From NCBI GenBank assembly GCA_031835245.2, contig JAVKOQ020000100.1:1-64000 (forward strand): a DNA stretch of 64,000 nucleotides, written 5' to 3'. The stretch comes from Balamuthia mandrillaris. Its lineage: Eukaryota. Made by a program: the position numbers and the translations under genes. Below the pieces are notes generated by a model. It was not told the origin of the DNA. It made no database searches and saw nothing but the letters and a program-made list of their open reading frames with translations. Each line of letters opens with the position of its first letter. Position 1 is the first letter of the stretch. Positions 38,339-50,515 of this stretch are shown here, piece by piece.

Positions 38339-40393
38339 ATGGGACGTTACCTCAGGCTCGGGTGGCATGCTCTCATCCTGTTGGCTTTGGCGTGGTCGGC
38401 GGCTGCGCAGCTTAGGCTCAGGGCGGAGGGGGACGCGCAGGAGTATGAGATTGGAAGCGAGGGGGATGGGTGGAAGTGGTTCGAGATGAGAAACTCCTCC
38501 TCTTTTAGCCAAAGGGAGAACCAACAGCGTGCAGCTGGATTCTCCGGTAGATGTTTCCGGGACACAAACGAGTATGGCAACTTCATCTATCGATGTAGCG
38601 GTATTGTATAGCGGTTTCGGTTTAAAATGTTTGTATGCTTTTGCTGGCTCACATGTTTGGCGTTGGTTACAGCATGCTTTGACCCTATGGGCGCCATATT
38701 TCACCTCGGAAAGTTTGCTGGTATTATTCTCGCTCGTTTGTTCTATTTTCCTCTGTCATTTTTTAGTTCTTACGCTTCTTTCATTTTCTCCTTTGCTTCT
38801 ACCACTTCCTCTTCCTCTCCCTCTTTTGCTTCTACCCCTTCACTCCTCCTCCTCCGCCACTCCGATAACGTAAACAATCCGCGTAGAGACATTCGGTATC
38901 AACGTGGATGTCTCCAAGTTGGGAGGGATCTTTACCGCCTCTGTGCCCGTTCCCCACATCTGCGTGGATGTGTGCGAGGGCAACCCCCATATCGGTCATC
39001 GTCGCGAGGACGAGGAGCCGCTCCCTGAGGGCCCTCAGGACGAAGAAGAAGCAGATGGTGAAGAAGCCGTTGAGGTCCAACGCTTCTTTGACGACATTGG
39101 GGACTGGGTGACCGATGGCGCGGACTTCGTGGCAGACGTGGCCGACGAGGTGATTGACACGTTCTGTGACCTGGGGGAAATCTGCACGCCGAGTAGGGTC
39201 AGCCTGGAGCTTGCTCTGACCATGCTTCTGAGTGGAGGTCCAACTGGCTTGATCGCTGGAAATCTGAAGAAGGCAGCAGTACGTTTTTCTTTCCGTTGCT
39301 AACGTCCTGCTCCCTCCACCAGCATTATTATTCACCGGCATTGCAGCTTAAACAAGCCACAGGAAACCCAGACGCTGCAGTAGCCCCATTTCCAGGGGCT
39401 CCTGAACTGTTTGGAGAGGTGTGCCTTACGCTTGATATTCCGTTGTGTGAGTTTGTACGTATGATGGGCGGAACACCCACAAATATCCCATCCTTTTCCG
39501 AGTTACTTATAGCAAGCGGCATCCGTGTTGTCTGTGACAACAACAGGACATCCGAGCTCAGGTCACCTACGCTGGCCTTGCGATACTAGGTGCTGCATTC
39601 GAAGACTGGGGACCTGGAGAGATAATGGATAGCTTAGGTACGAAGAGCTGCTTGTTTGTTGAAACTAATTCATTACCTCCTCTCATTCTTTCTCTCTCTC
39701 TCGCTCTCCGTGAAAAAAGATGCGTTAAGGGAGGCTACATGCAGAAGGAGAGCAATCAACAACTCTCAACAAAACTTCCAAGCAGTTACAAATACTGGCA
39801 CTTACCGCAGCTGCCGAGTCATTGATGTTCCAATGCTCAAGGGCAAGAGTGTTTGCATCGAACTGCGTGAGCTGGTCATCTCCGCTCAAGGGTTCCAGGC
39901 CTGTCTGGCCGTTGAAATTGGTACAAGAGTAGACCTAGGATGTCTTCAAGTAGGAGATGGTACACTCTCTCTTTCGCTCTTTAACTTTCTGCGGGTTTGT
40001 TTAACCAAACGGAACAAAAAAGTGGATGAATGCAGTCAAAACGATTGCAACACATGCCTGAAAAACGAAAAGTGTGGCTGGTGCCCTGTTACCAAGCTCT
40101 GCATGCCCCGACTGATGAGCGTGGTGAATCCGTGCAACCAATGCCCCATTCCCGTCAAGACCGAAAACCCAGCCCTAATATGTGGGGGGTTGAAACAGAA
40201 CTACGATCAATGTGTTTCAAGCTTTAGGAAAGCTGATATCGACAGAGACTTTCTGGTCACGAAGGAGGAGTTTCTCTTCGGGCCTGGAAAGTGGTTATTA
40301 GAGGGCGACATCACTGAAGCGTACGACTATCTGGATGGGGACGGTGATGGTACTCTACAGATGGAAGAGTTTTGTCTTTATTCAGCAAACTGA
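38339..40393 (+). CDS. Pair 1 gene B: secreted protein (SP, Cys-rich DUF4773-like with acidic amphipathic loop, PSI-like, 2 EF-hands)
   Basis: MGRYLRLGWHALILLALAWSAAA signal; GFSGRC; RFFDDIGDW; VCIELRELVISAQGFQACL...DLGCL; CGWCP; EF loops DIDRDFLVTKEE and DGDGDGTLQMEE; no TM. Confidence 0.8.
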
Positions 40394-40567
40394 TGCTCTT
40401 TTGTCGTTATGTACATCAAAATAACACATGAAAAGGAACAGGAGCAGAATTAAGCAAAAGGATAGAAGAAAGAACGAAGCAGAAGCAGAAGAAGAAGAAG
40501 AAGAAGAAGGAGAAGAAGATGATGATGATGATGAAGAAGATCAAGATGAAGAAGAACAATTTACAAG

Positions 40568-42669
40568 CTAAAGTAAAAATGGAGGCAAGACTTTAACAGC
40601 GCCAACCTTCCAAGGGCCGCCAGGATCCGCTTCTCCTGTAACCGAAACATCCGTCTCTTCTCCTTCTTCAGGAGTACCGTCCGTCGCTTTGGTTGCCTCT
40701 GTCCTATTCTTTAAGTTCACATGGTTGCTGGGTTTCTCCTTATTTGTCTTGCTTCTGTCTTTTGCTTTGGGAACTGAGATGACCATCGCGCTCAACCTGC
40801 TCTTCATCTCAACTTTCCTTCTGCTCCTAGTCGCCATATAAACCACAAATGCAACCACTCCACAAGCCAAAACACATGCTCCGATGGACCCTATAATGAT
40901 TCCTATCATCACACCGTCCTCCAAATCATCATCTCCTTCGCTTCCTTCCAGCAAACCTCCATAACGGTAGCTCACTTCCGCTGCTATCAACGAAGCTGTC
41001 GTGCAATACTCTGTGTAGGAGATCTCGCTGTCCTCATTTCGGTCCAGGCGGTAGAAAGCATTCTCCAGGTTTTCCGGTGTGGGAATCCATATGTTCATAA
41101 GGTTCACCCATCCATCCTGGTCGATTGTTCCTCGTTCTGTGTTGGTGTACTTGCTCCAGTCCCCACAAAACCGAACTTCAATGCTGTCTGCTTGGTTGCG
41201 GTCCGTCTTCCGAAGCTCATGCAAGAAGGAAATTGTATGTCGATCATTGCTACTTGGTGTTACTTCCTCCGCTTCTCTTTGTTCCGGCATTGCTCGATAA
41301 TCCCAAGAAGCACATCCTTCGCAAGGAGAAGGAGGAAGAGATGAACTCATGCAAGTTCTGGATGAAGCGCACCATCCGCAACCTGCTTTTTGGTTGCAAG
41401 CCAACTCTGTCCTCACTGCTCCGCATTCGCTCACTTGGTCGTGTTAAGCCATCACAAAGGTGATGACGAACGTAGCCATGAGAGTGAGCCGTTGAGAATA
41501 TACCGGGCCAAGACTCGGTAAGAAGCAAGAAGGACAACACACTCACAATAGAAGTACACTGGAAAGATGAACGCACCTGAACCCAGGCTGAAACAGGAGT
41601 ACGCTAGAGTGTCACGATTGAAGGGGGTTTTCAAGTTTATCGTAGGGCAGAGGGATATGCCACTGGCCGTCCAAACGACATCGTCAAACTTGAAGCAAAG
41701 ATCATGAGGAAGGACGCGTCCTTTCAAGATTTGTGTGCAAAAAGAGAGGGACCGTTCCATGTAATCCATCTCCAACCGTCCAGAGTCGAGTATCTGTTTC
41801 TTGTTTGCACACCCGATGAATGCTTTTTCATTCGTTAGCTACAAAACATACCAACAATGAAAGAGAGAGAGAGAGAGAGACCTCCGAGGTGAAAGGTTAT
41901 GTCGGCGAAGGGTTCGTTTCCATTTGTTAACGTCAGTTGCACAGTCTGGACAGATATCCGGAATATAAGTGTTCATTTGGTGAAGACCATAAGACGTGGA
42001 AAAAGAACTGAAGGTAAAACCAAAGGAGTAGAAAATGCAATTCGTACCTCCTCGCAGGGACGGAGCCGCAGTGAGGCACAAATGACCCCATCGTTTGATA
42101 ACATGTGATGATACAACAAAGTGCGATCATCGTTCAAGTTCATGAGGAGGTGGTCCACCTTCGCCTTCTGGTCAAATGTGATCTCGTCGATGGTGACAGG
42201 AACATCCAAGTCCCCTGTAAGCGCCCCCACAGAACCCAGCTTACTGGCCGGAACGGTAATATTGAAAGACGAGAGACCCATTAAAAAGGTACCCAAATCC
42301 ACTTGGAGCTCCGAAAAGTCCACCAGCTCGAACAGGTGTTTTGTTCGCTGAGTTAGCCTGTATGGAAAACAAACTGTTGCGTATAGTGCTTTTATTGTCA
42401 GCTGCAAGATGTTTCCCAGTCCAGATGAGGGAAATGAATGACCAACCTTTGCACTCCAAAAAATCTTGTTGGGAGTCGGAACACTCCCACGCCGAAGGTA
42501 CGTTCTGTTGGCTTGCAAACGTAAAACTCATTGCATTACTGCTACCGGGTGAGTCCCTGCGCGGTTCTCCGCAACTGCCTTCCACAAGCACCAACGCCGC
42601 TAGCATCACCACAAATAGATCAAACCGCCGGAAAGCTCCTCCTCTTCCTTTCCCTCTCAACCGTTTCAT
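40568..42669 (-). CDS. Pair 2 gene A: type I membrane paralog
   Basis: Same exon order as A1 (WECS..FLECK | VCFPYRLT | TVQLTLTNG | ISLCP..YSCFSLG | CGWC, FCGDW, DRNEDSEISYTE, TM) with a short basic tail. Confidence 0.8.
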
Positions 42670-42892
42670 CCTCCTCTTCTTCCAACTCCACACTTTTGCT
42701 TCAGTTTCTCGAAAGGGCACAATTGTGTCGACAGTTGTTTACTATTTATGGAAAATCGCACACACTTTTTGATTTATCATTGGTTGATGATCATCTTCCG
42801 ATCGTATCGCTGCATCGAAAAGTGCCGAAGAAAGAAGAAAGCAAAGAAGAAGAGGCGTCTTCATCTTCCGCACGTAGTCGGGGGGGAAAACC

Positions 42893-43181
42893 ATGAAATG
42901 GGGCGATGGCGTGGTGTGCATGTTGTTGTTTGTTGTTGTCCTGGGGAACGTTTGCGGTCATGAAGCGGTGCTGATGAAGGAAGGGTTTGTTGTCAGCAGG
43001 CGTGGGGAGGACTGGAAGTGGTCGGAACGAAAGGAGGCGGTGGGCAGCTTTCCTGGAGAGTGTAGACGTTATACCGATGCGAGAGGACACAAGGGCTACA
43101 AGTGCCAAGGTGCAATCCCAAACAAGAAAATGGAAAACATAACTCTATGATTTTAACTCGTTCTGACTCTCTCTCCCTCAC

Positions 43182-43223
<42 letters not shown>

Positions 43224-45023
43224 CTCTCTCTCTCCCCTCTCTTCTTCCTTTCCCTCATTCGCTTCTTTCTGTAACAGCTTGTTTCGATCCTGCAAACTCT
43301 GTATTTCAAGTTGGCCGTTTTGTTGGTGCAGATTCTTCGCTGTTATTTTAGCCTTTTTACCTGCAACAAACATTCCTCTTTCCTCAAAACAAAAAAAAAA
43401 AAAACAGAGGAACTGAAAGTGGACGTGGACTTGACGAAGTTGGAAGGTCTTGTTAGAGCTTCCGTGCCACTTCCTAAGATCTGCGTGGACCCTTGCAAAC
43501 AGAGCCGCAGGTCCAATGAGACAGAGCGTCAAGCGAATTGTTTGTCCGTTTGTACGCCGGAGCGGGTGGATCTTGACCTTTCTTTGGAAAACCTTCTCGG
43601 AGGGTTTGGCGTCGTCACAAGGAGTCTAAAAGAAACAGCGGTTATATTCTCCTCTTTCTTCTCCTTCTTCTTGTTCTTTTTTTTCTTGTTCTTGTTCTTC
43701 TTCTTGTTCTTCTTGTTCTTGTTCTTGTTCTTGTTCTTGTTCTTGTTCTTGTTCTTGTTCTTGTTCTTGTTCTTGTTCTTGTTCTTGTTCTTGTTCTTGT
43801 TCTTGTTCTTGTTCTTGTTCTTGTTCTTCTTCTTCTTCTTCTTCTTCTTCTTCTTCTTCTTCTTCTTCTTGTTCTTCTTCTTTTTCTTCTTCTTCTTCTT
43901 TTTCTTCTTCTTCTTCTTCTTCTTCTATCCTCTGTACTCTCTTCTTGCTGACTTATGTCTAGCTGAAAGAGTTGGGATGGGTGGATCCCCTATTTCCGGG
44001 CGCAGCGGAGATGTTTGGGGGAGTGTGCCTCACACTAACTATTCCGTTATGTTCATACGTCAGTTCTCCCATCATTTCAGCCTCTACTATCGCTTATCAC
44101 AACTTCACTTGAATTTATAGGACATGCGGATGGAGCTAACATATGCTGGTGTAACGTTACACGCGACCTCTGTGAATGTCTTACAGACAAGTATTACCAA
44201 ATCTCCTGGTTCGTGTAGCCTGTGTCTTGATCTGCTTCTTCATTTTACATCTTCTAGAACTAAGGACCTGCTTGTTCCTTTTTCCTCCATTCTTCCAAAG
44301 CAGATGCTATTGGAGAAGCTAGTTGCAAACACCGACACGCTCCTTTGGTCTCGAGCGATATAGACGTAGACGCGCATACTAAATCCTTCCAAGCGTGCTC
44401 TGCCTTCAGCATGCCATTGCTCACTGGGTTGCAGGTCTGCTTAAACGTCAGCGACCTCGTAATAACTGGGACCGGTTTGCAAGGATGTGTTGCGATACAA
44501 ACAGATGACAGAACCCAAGTCGGCTGTTTGAGTGTTGGACAAGGTTCTCTTTCTTCTGCTCTGTGTCCTCCTCTTCTTCTGTATCTTCTCTTTTTTCATC
44601 TCTCAGCTAATAGCTCTATTCAACTGACAACGATAAGTGGAGGAATGCAACCCGAAAAACTGTTCTGTATGCATGCTTGACCCAAGTTGCGGCTGGTGTC
44701 CATCCATCGGCCTGTGCATGCCTCACACTCCCTCTCTCTTGCAACCGTGTGCTGAATGTCCTGATGGAATACTACAAACTGAACACGCAGAGTTCGTTTG
44801 TGAAGGCAACCCAGAACAGTATACCAACTGCGTTAAAACGTTTCGAGAACTGGACAACGACAAACGGGACTTTCTCATCTCTCGGATAGAGTTTCGTTTT
44901 GGACCTGGTAAGTTCTTGCACAAAGAGGACGCCGTACAAGTGTTTGACTCTTTGGACGAGAATGGAAACGGTGTGTTGGAGCTGAGCGAGTTATGTGCTT
45001 ACACTCCATTTATTGAAGTATAA
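42893..45023 (+). CDS. Pair 2 gene B: secreted paralog lacking the acidic loop
   Basis: Splices in frame across 7 exons (SFPGEC; ACFDP; ICVDPC...VCTPER; GGVCLTLTIPLC; VCLNVSDLVITGTGLQGC; CGWCP; DENGNGVLELSE). Confidence 0.8.
43670..43925. repeat. (TTCTTG)n/(TTC)n microsatellite in a pair 2 gene B intron
   Basis: Visible tandem repeat. Confidence 0.95.
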
Positions 45024-45119
45024 AACGTGTTCCTGCTTCCAAAGACTGTCAGTATTTACAACAAGTTTTTCTGCTCCTCCTCTTCGTTTTACAACGACGA
45101 ACGTTGCTGCGAGCTCGAG

Positions 45120-47102
45120 CTACAGCCGCCTGTCTGATGACCCAATGTTATCATCGTTCTTGATGAACGAGGACGCTACGAAGGTATCATTCTTTATGAT
45201 ACTCCCCGGCGCGGTCACCTGGATCTTTAACGGGTTGTTCCTGGGGGAAGTTATCTCCACGGTCATTCCAGCGTTGGGTTGTCCTATCGCATTCAGCTCC
45301 AAGTGGAGGTGGTGGTTCTTGTTTTTGCCTCTCGGCGCTGTCGCCGTGGAAACCGGGGTGGAAGAGGTGTTGCTGTACTGGAGCTCCTCCACATCCTCCG
45401 CGGAACGAATGGGGGCCAAGGAGTTGGTCACATGCAGCCTGGCCTGCAAGACGATCGTCCGGCGATGACGGTAAGAGAAGTAAGCCGCCACTGCCACGCC
45501 AACGCTGAGAATGGAACAACCTACAATCACGGACACGACGATGCCCACCACTTCTCCATCGCTCAACTCGTGAGGTTCTGCCTCCAACAAACCGCCAAAG
45601 CGGCTCCTAACCTGAGCCGCTGCTTGGGAGCTCATCGAACAGTACTCGTTGTAGGAAACCTGGTTGTCATTGTTCTTGTCCAACCGAGCAAAGACGTTCT
45701 CTGCGTGGCCCGGCTTGCGAAGCCACACGCCGGCGATCTTCATGAAACGTTCTTTGCTGACCTTTCCTGTATTCTTGTCGGCCCAACGAAACCAGTCGCC
45801 ACAAAAGTTTACCTCGATCTCTTCCGCTTTCACCTGGCCTTGCTCTCTGGCCAGCTGCTCCAAGTAAGGGATCCTGCTTCGTTGGCTGCTTCTTCTTTTT
45901 CTCTCCGCTCTGGCTGCAGGGGTCTCGGCCGGTCCGATGTAGTCCTCAGCTTCCCAGCTGGGACAGCCGTCGCAGTGACCTTCAGGTGTGGAACGGCTGG
46001 CACAGTGCCGGTAGGTGCTGCACCAGCCGCAACTTTCCTCGGACTCGCAGTCTTTGAAATTGTCCAGCCGGTTGCACTCGTCCACTTTGAATGTGTGAGG
46101 CAACAGAAAATGAGGAACACGAAGAAGAGAAGGAGATGGAGGAAGGAGAAAGAAACAGGTGAGTGCAGGTGACAGAAGAGAACGACAGCTGGTGGGGAAC
46201 GTTGTACCAACTCCCATGGTGGTGCTCGGGAACTGGAGATGCTCATCCGTAAACGGGGTGCTCAAGTCTAAAGCGGGGATGAAAGAGATGCCCCTGTACG
46301 TCCAAATGACCTCTTCCAGTAAAAAGCAGAGGTTGTGCGGCAGGATGAGTCCCTTCATGATCTGCGCACAGACGGAGATCTGTCGGTTTCCATAGTCAAA
46401 GGTCAGTTTTATATTTACTTTTCCAACATTCCACTCGAACTCTTGTTCGCTGTGGCAGCCGAGGTAATCTTGGCAGAGAAGAGCAACTGGTTAGGCCATA
46501 AACAAAGAAAGAAGAAGAAGAAAGAACAACAAACAAACAAACAAACAAACAAACAAACAAACAAACAAACAAACAAACAAACAAACAAACAAACAAACAA
46601 ACAAACAAACAAACAAACACACACACACAAACAAACAAACAAACACACAAACAAACACACACACAAACAAACAAACAAACAAACAAACAAACAAACAAAC
46701 AAACAAACAAACAAACAACACACAAACAAACAAACAAACAAACAAACAAACAAACAAACAAACAAACAAACAAACAAACAAACAAACAAACAAACAAACA
46801 AACAAACAAACAAACACACAAACAAACAAACAAACAAACAAACAAACAAACAAACAAACAAACAAACACACAAACAAACAAACAAACAAACAAACAAACA
46901 AACACACAAACAAACAAACAAACAAACACACAAACACACAAACACACAAACACAGCTTGTTACGACAAAAACAAATAAGAACAACAGAGACTTACTTCCA
47001 GCAGAAAGGGTGAGGTTGTAGATAGGAGATCCGCCGTGAGTCAGCGCGAGTTCAAACTCCTGCGCAGACGATGAGCTCAGGGAAACCACTAGGCAGAGGC
47101 AC

Positions 47103-47145
<43 letters not shown>

Positions 47146-47730
47146 ACATTGTCACAGGACCTTCTTGTGATAGACAAACAAAATGTGCCGTCGTCGGAGA
47201 GCATGTACTGGTAGAGCAGATTCCGCGGCACTTGCTTGTTAGTGACTGCGCTCTGGAAGTCGAACGTGGTGTCAGGGAAAAGGAGGGACTTGATGTCCAG
47301 GGGAATGTCGATGTCGCCTATGAACTCTCCGATAGGACCGAGATCGCTCATGGGGATGGTGATGGTCGTGGAGGGGAGGGAACCGAGCAAGGAACTGAGG
47401 TCCACGTCCACTCCGGACAGGTCCACAAGCTCAAAGAGTTTCTCGGTGTGATAGGACAGAGAGAACGGTATGCAAACTGTCGTGTGTGAGCGCTGTGTGA
47501 GAAAAAATAAAAACACACAACAGGAGGCATGCAGTACCTCCGCATTGCATGGTCTCAGACTGCGGATGCGAGCAGGTCCATTCTCCCTCATCCGCCGACC
47601 CCAAATGGAAAGTGGTATCTGTCTTGGGGCTGTCCCCGCGCGAACACACCGCCGACAGGCAGATGCAAAGCAAAACCGCAAGCAGCCAGCAACGGCCGCC
47701 CGGTGAACAAGCAGGTTGTTGCCCCACCAT
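45120..47730 (-). CDS. Pair 3 gene A: type I membrane paralog
   Basis: Signal peptide, WTCSHP, VCIPFSLSYHT, CGWC, FCGDW, DKNNDNQVSYNE, TM VVGIVVSVIVG...AYF followed by RHRR. Confidence 0.8.
46525..46952. repeat. (AAAC)n microsatellite with AC interruptions in a pair 3 gene A intron
   Basis: Roughly 430 bp of tetramer repeat. Confidence 0.95.
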
Positions 47731-48106
47731 TCTCTTCCCCTTTCCCCTCTAGCCCTGGAACGCGGGTGTGTGTGGGTCCAACCTTTAAAAAAAAAAATAC
47801 GGAAAGCGTTGGTTCTCAGTTTCGGCCGAGAAGCACGAGCGGCGGCCGGTCCGGAGGCGAACGAACACTGCTGCTCTATCCGGAAATACGCCTATCGAGC
47901 CAGTTATTCCGCAACAGGCAGAAAGAACGTGGTCCAGGGGAGGGGTTGGTCTGGAAAAAGGCAAGAAAACGGTTCGCAGTGGAACTAAAAGGCCCTCCCC
48001 TGGACCGAAGAACGAAAAAACAAGAACCCCAAAGAGGTAAAGAGGAACTATTAAAAGGCCCCTTCTGGGCAGTTCCACGAAAAGAGGTAAAGATGAACTA
48101 TTGATC

Positions 48107-48149
<43 letters not shown>

Positions 48150-48182
48150 CGTGTCTGGAAACGGAACACAACAGAGACCAAA

Positions 48183-50303
48183 ATGGAGGGAGCAAGGTGG
48201 ACGGTGCTGCTGGTGATAATGATGGCCCTATTGGCTGTAGCGGCAGCCCGCGGTGCTCGCTACAAGAACCAAACGGACGAATATGTGGTCACCAGAAGTG
48301 GAGACATGTGGAAGTGGTTGGAAAGAATGGAAAAGATAAACCAGAGGGACTTTTTGGGTTTCTCAGGGGACTGTACCCATGAAAAGGATGAGGACGGCGC
48401 CTCAATATTCTATTGTGAAGGTTATTTCTTGTCGTTTCAGCAACTCATCGTTTCTTTATTAACAAATCTTTGGTCGTTCCAGCTTGCTTTGGTGCTAAAG
48501 AAGCCGTGTTTCAACTGAAGAGTTTCGTCGGTACTGATCTTTTTCCCTGCTCTCCAATCGTCCAAGTCTCTTCTATGGCTACTCTGTTTGTCTCGCTCTC
48601 TCTTCTTGCTATGCACTCTCCATGTGTATTTGTTTCTTCTGATTTCGTTCTGGGGTACCTCCGACCTCTACTCCTCCTGTGCTCCGGTAGATGATCTGCT
48701 CGTTGAGTTTGACGCGTCAAACCTGGACAGCATCCTCTCGGCCTCCGTCCCCATTCCGCACATCTGCATCGGCCCCTGTGACTTTGACGTCGGCGGGCTA
48801 GGCTTCCGCTTCTTCGATGACATTGGCGATTTCTTTGACGATGTTGGGGACGCCATAGCGGACGTTGTAGATGATGCTATCGACATCATCTGCGACCTTC
48901 CCGATATCTGCACGCCGGATAGGTTGAACATGGAACTGGCGCTGTCGCTGTTTATGGGACCCACCACCTTTGTTACGAGCAATATCAAAGATGCATTTGT
49001 ACGGGTTTTGCAGTCCATATGTGTTGGCTTATCTCGTTTCGTTTGTGACGACCTTCTCTGCCATCTATCCCAGCCCTTACCTGATCGCTTCTTTGCTTTC
49101 CTTCGGTGGTGCTCCATCAGGTTGAGGAAGTTTTGGATGGCCTACCGGACTGGGCAGCGGCCGCAAATGATCCTCCTTTCCCTGGCAATGCTGAACTGTT
49201 GGGAGATGTTTGCCTGACCCTCACCGTGCCTCTTTGCGAATTAGTACGTTGGGGCCATCCAAACTCCTTGCTTCCATGCTAACGTACATTTATGAACCGG
49301 CCTTCCTTTATACCAACTGTTGCGTTTGGCATTGCTATGGCGGAACAGGACTTTACTGTTGAGCTGACGTACGCGGATATGGTCCTGAGTTCCTTCACGG
49401 CTTCAGACTGGATTGGAGAGGCCCTCTATGATCTGATAGGTATTTTTTTGCTTATCATTTTGGTTGCAACATTTATTGTTCTCTGCAGCTTCTGTATGCC
49501 CCTTTCTCTCTCCTCTCTCTCTCTCTCTCTCCTTCTCTTTCCTTCATGCTCTAAACCTACGCAAACATAACACAAGGTGAATTCACGGAGGCCCAATGTC
49601 GAAGGAAGAGCTACCGAAACAAGCAAGAGAGGGAGTTTGATGTGGATCCTGCAACGGGAACGGTGAGGGTATGTACCCATGTTGAACTTCCTCTCTTGAA
49701 GGATCAGCAGATTTGCATTGTTCTCTCCGACGTTATTATCTCCGGCAGCGGCGTGCATGCGTGTCTGGAACTTGTTAAGGGTTTTTCCATGGACCTGGGC
49801 TGCTTGGACCTTGGAGAAGGTACGGCTGGCACCCAGATATTTCTTCATCCTCACACTTTCTTCCCTTCTTGCGTTGCTTTCCTTTCTTCACCGCATTAAC
49901 ACACTAATTGACCTTCAACTTGATAGTGTCCAGTTGCAGTGAGAAAAACTGCGAGGAATGCATGGAGGACAGCAACTGTGGCTGGTGTCCTCCCTTAAAC
50001 CTCTGCATGTCCAGTGCCAAATCGTTGACCCATCCATGCTCAGCTTGCCCAGGAGGGGTTTTCACGGAGGACAAAGAACTGGTTTGCGGTGGCAATAGCG
50101 AGACTTATGAGGAATGCGTTGCCACCTTCCGAAGCACAGACTTCAGGAAGGACTTTGAAGTCTCAAAAGAGGAGTTTCGGCTGGGACCTGGAAAGTGGAT
50201 GCTTTGGGGAGACGTGGAGGAAGCCTTTGACTTTTTAGATGACAACGAGGATGGCATTTTGGAGTTGGATGAGTTTTGTTTCTTTTCGGCTGAGGAGAAG
50301 TAG
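48183..50303 (+). CDS. Pair 3 gene B: secreted paralog
   Basis: Signal peptide, FLGFSGDC, RFFDDIGDFF, GDVCLTLTVPLC, ICIVLSDVIISGSGVHACL..DLGCL, CGWCP, GPGKW, DDNEDGILELDE. Confidence 0.8.
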
Positions 50304-50515
50304 GGCCTGCAACGATCGTCTTTTCTGAAAGTTGTTTTTCATCGTATATAAAGTTTTTTCTGTTCTTGCTTTTGCCAGTTTCAGAGAGGGAGAGAAACCG
50401 AGCAAGAGAGAGTGGAGAGAGAGAAAGTTAGAGGCAGAGGATAAATCACATTGATATCATGGGAGCAACTGCTTGTGGATATGTACACACAGAACGTATG
50501 GAAAAAAAAGGAAGA

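Noticed and set aside
46335..47155. KQTN and CLFV repeat ORFs; possible telomere-like array
   Set aside because: This is an intronic (AAAC)n microsatellite inside gene A3, bounded by GT-AG sites.
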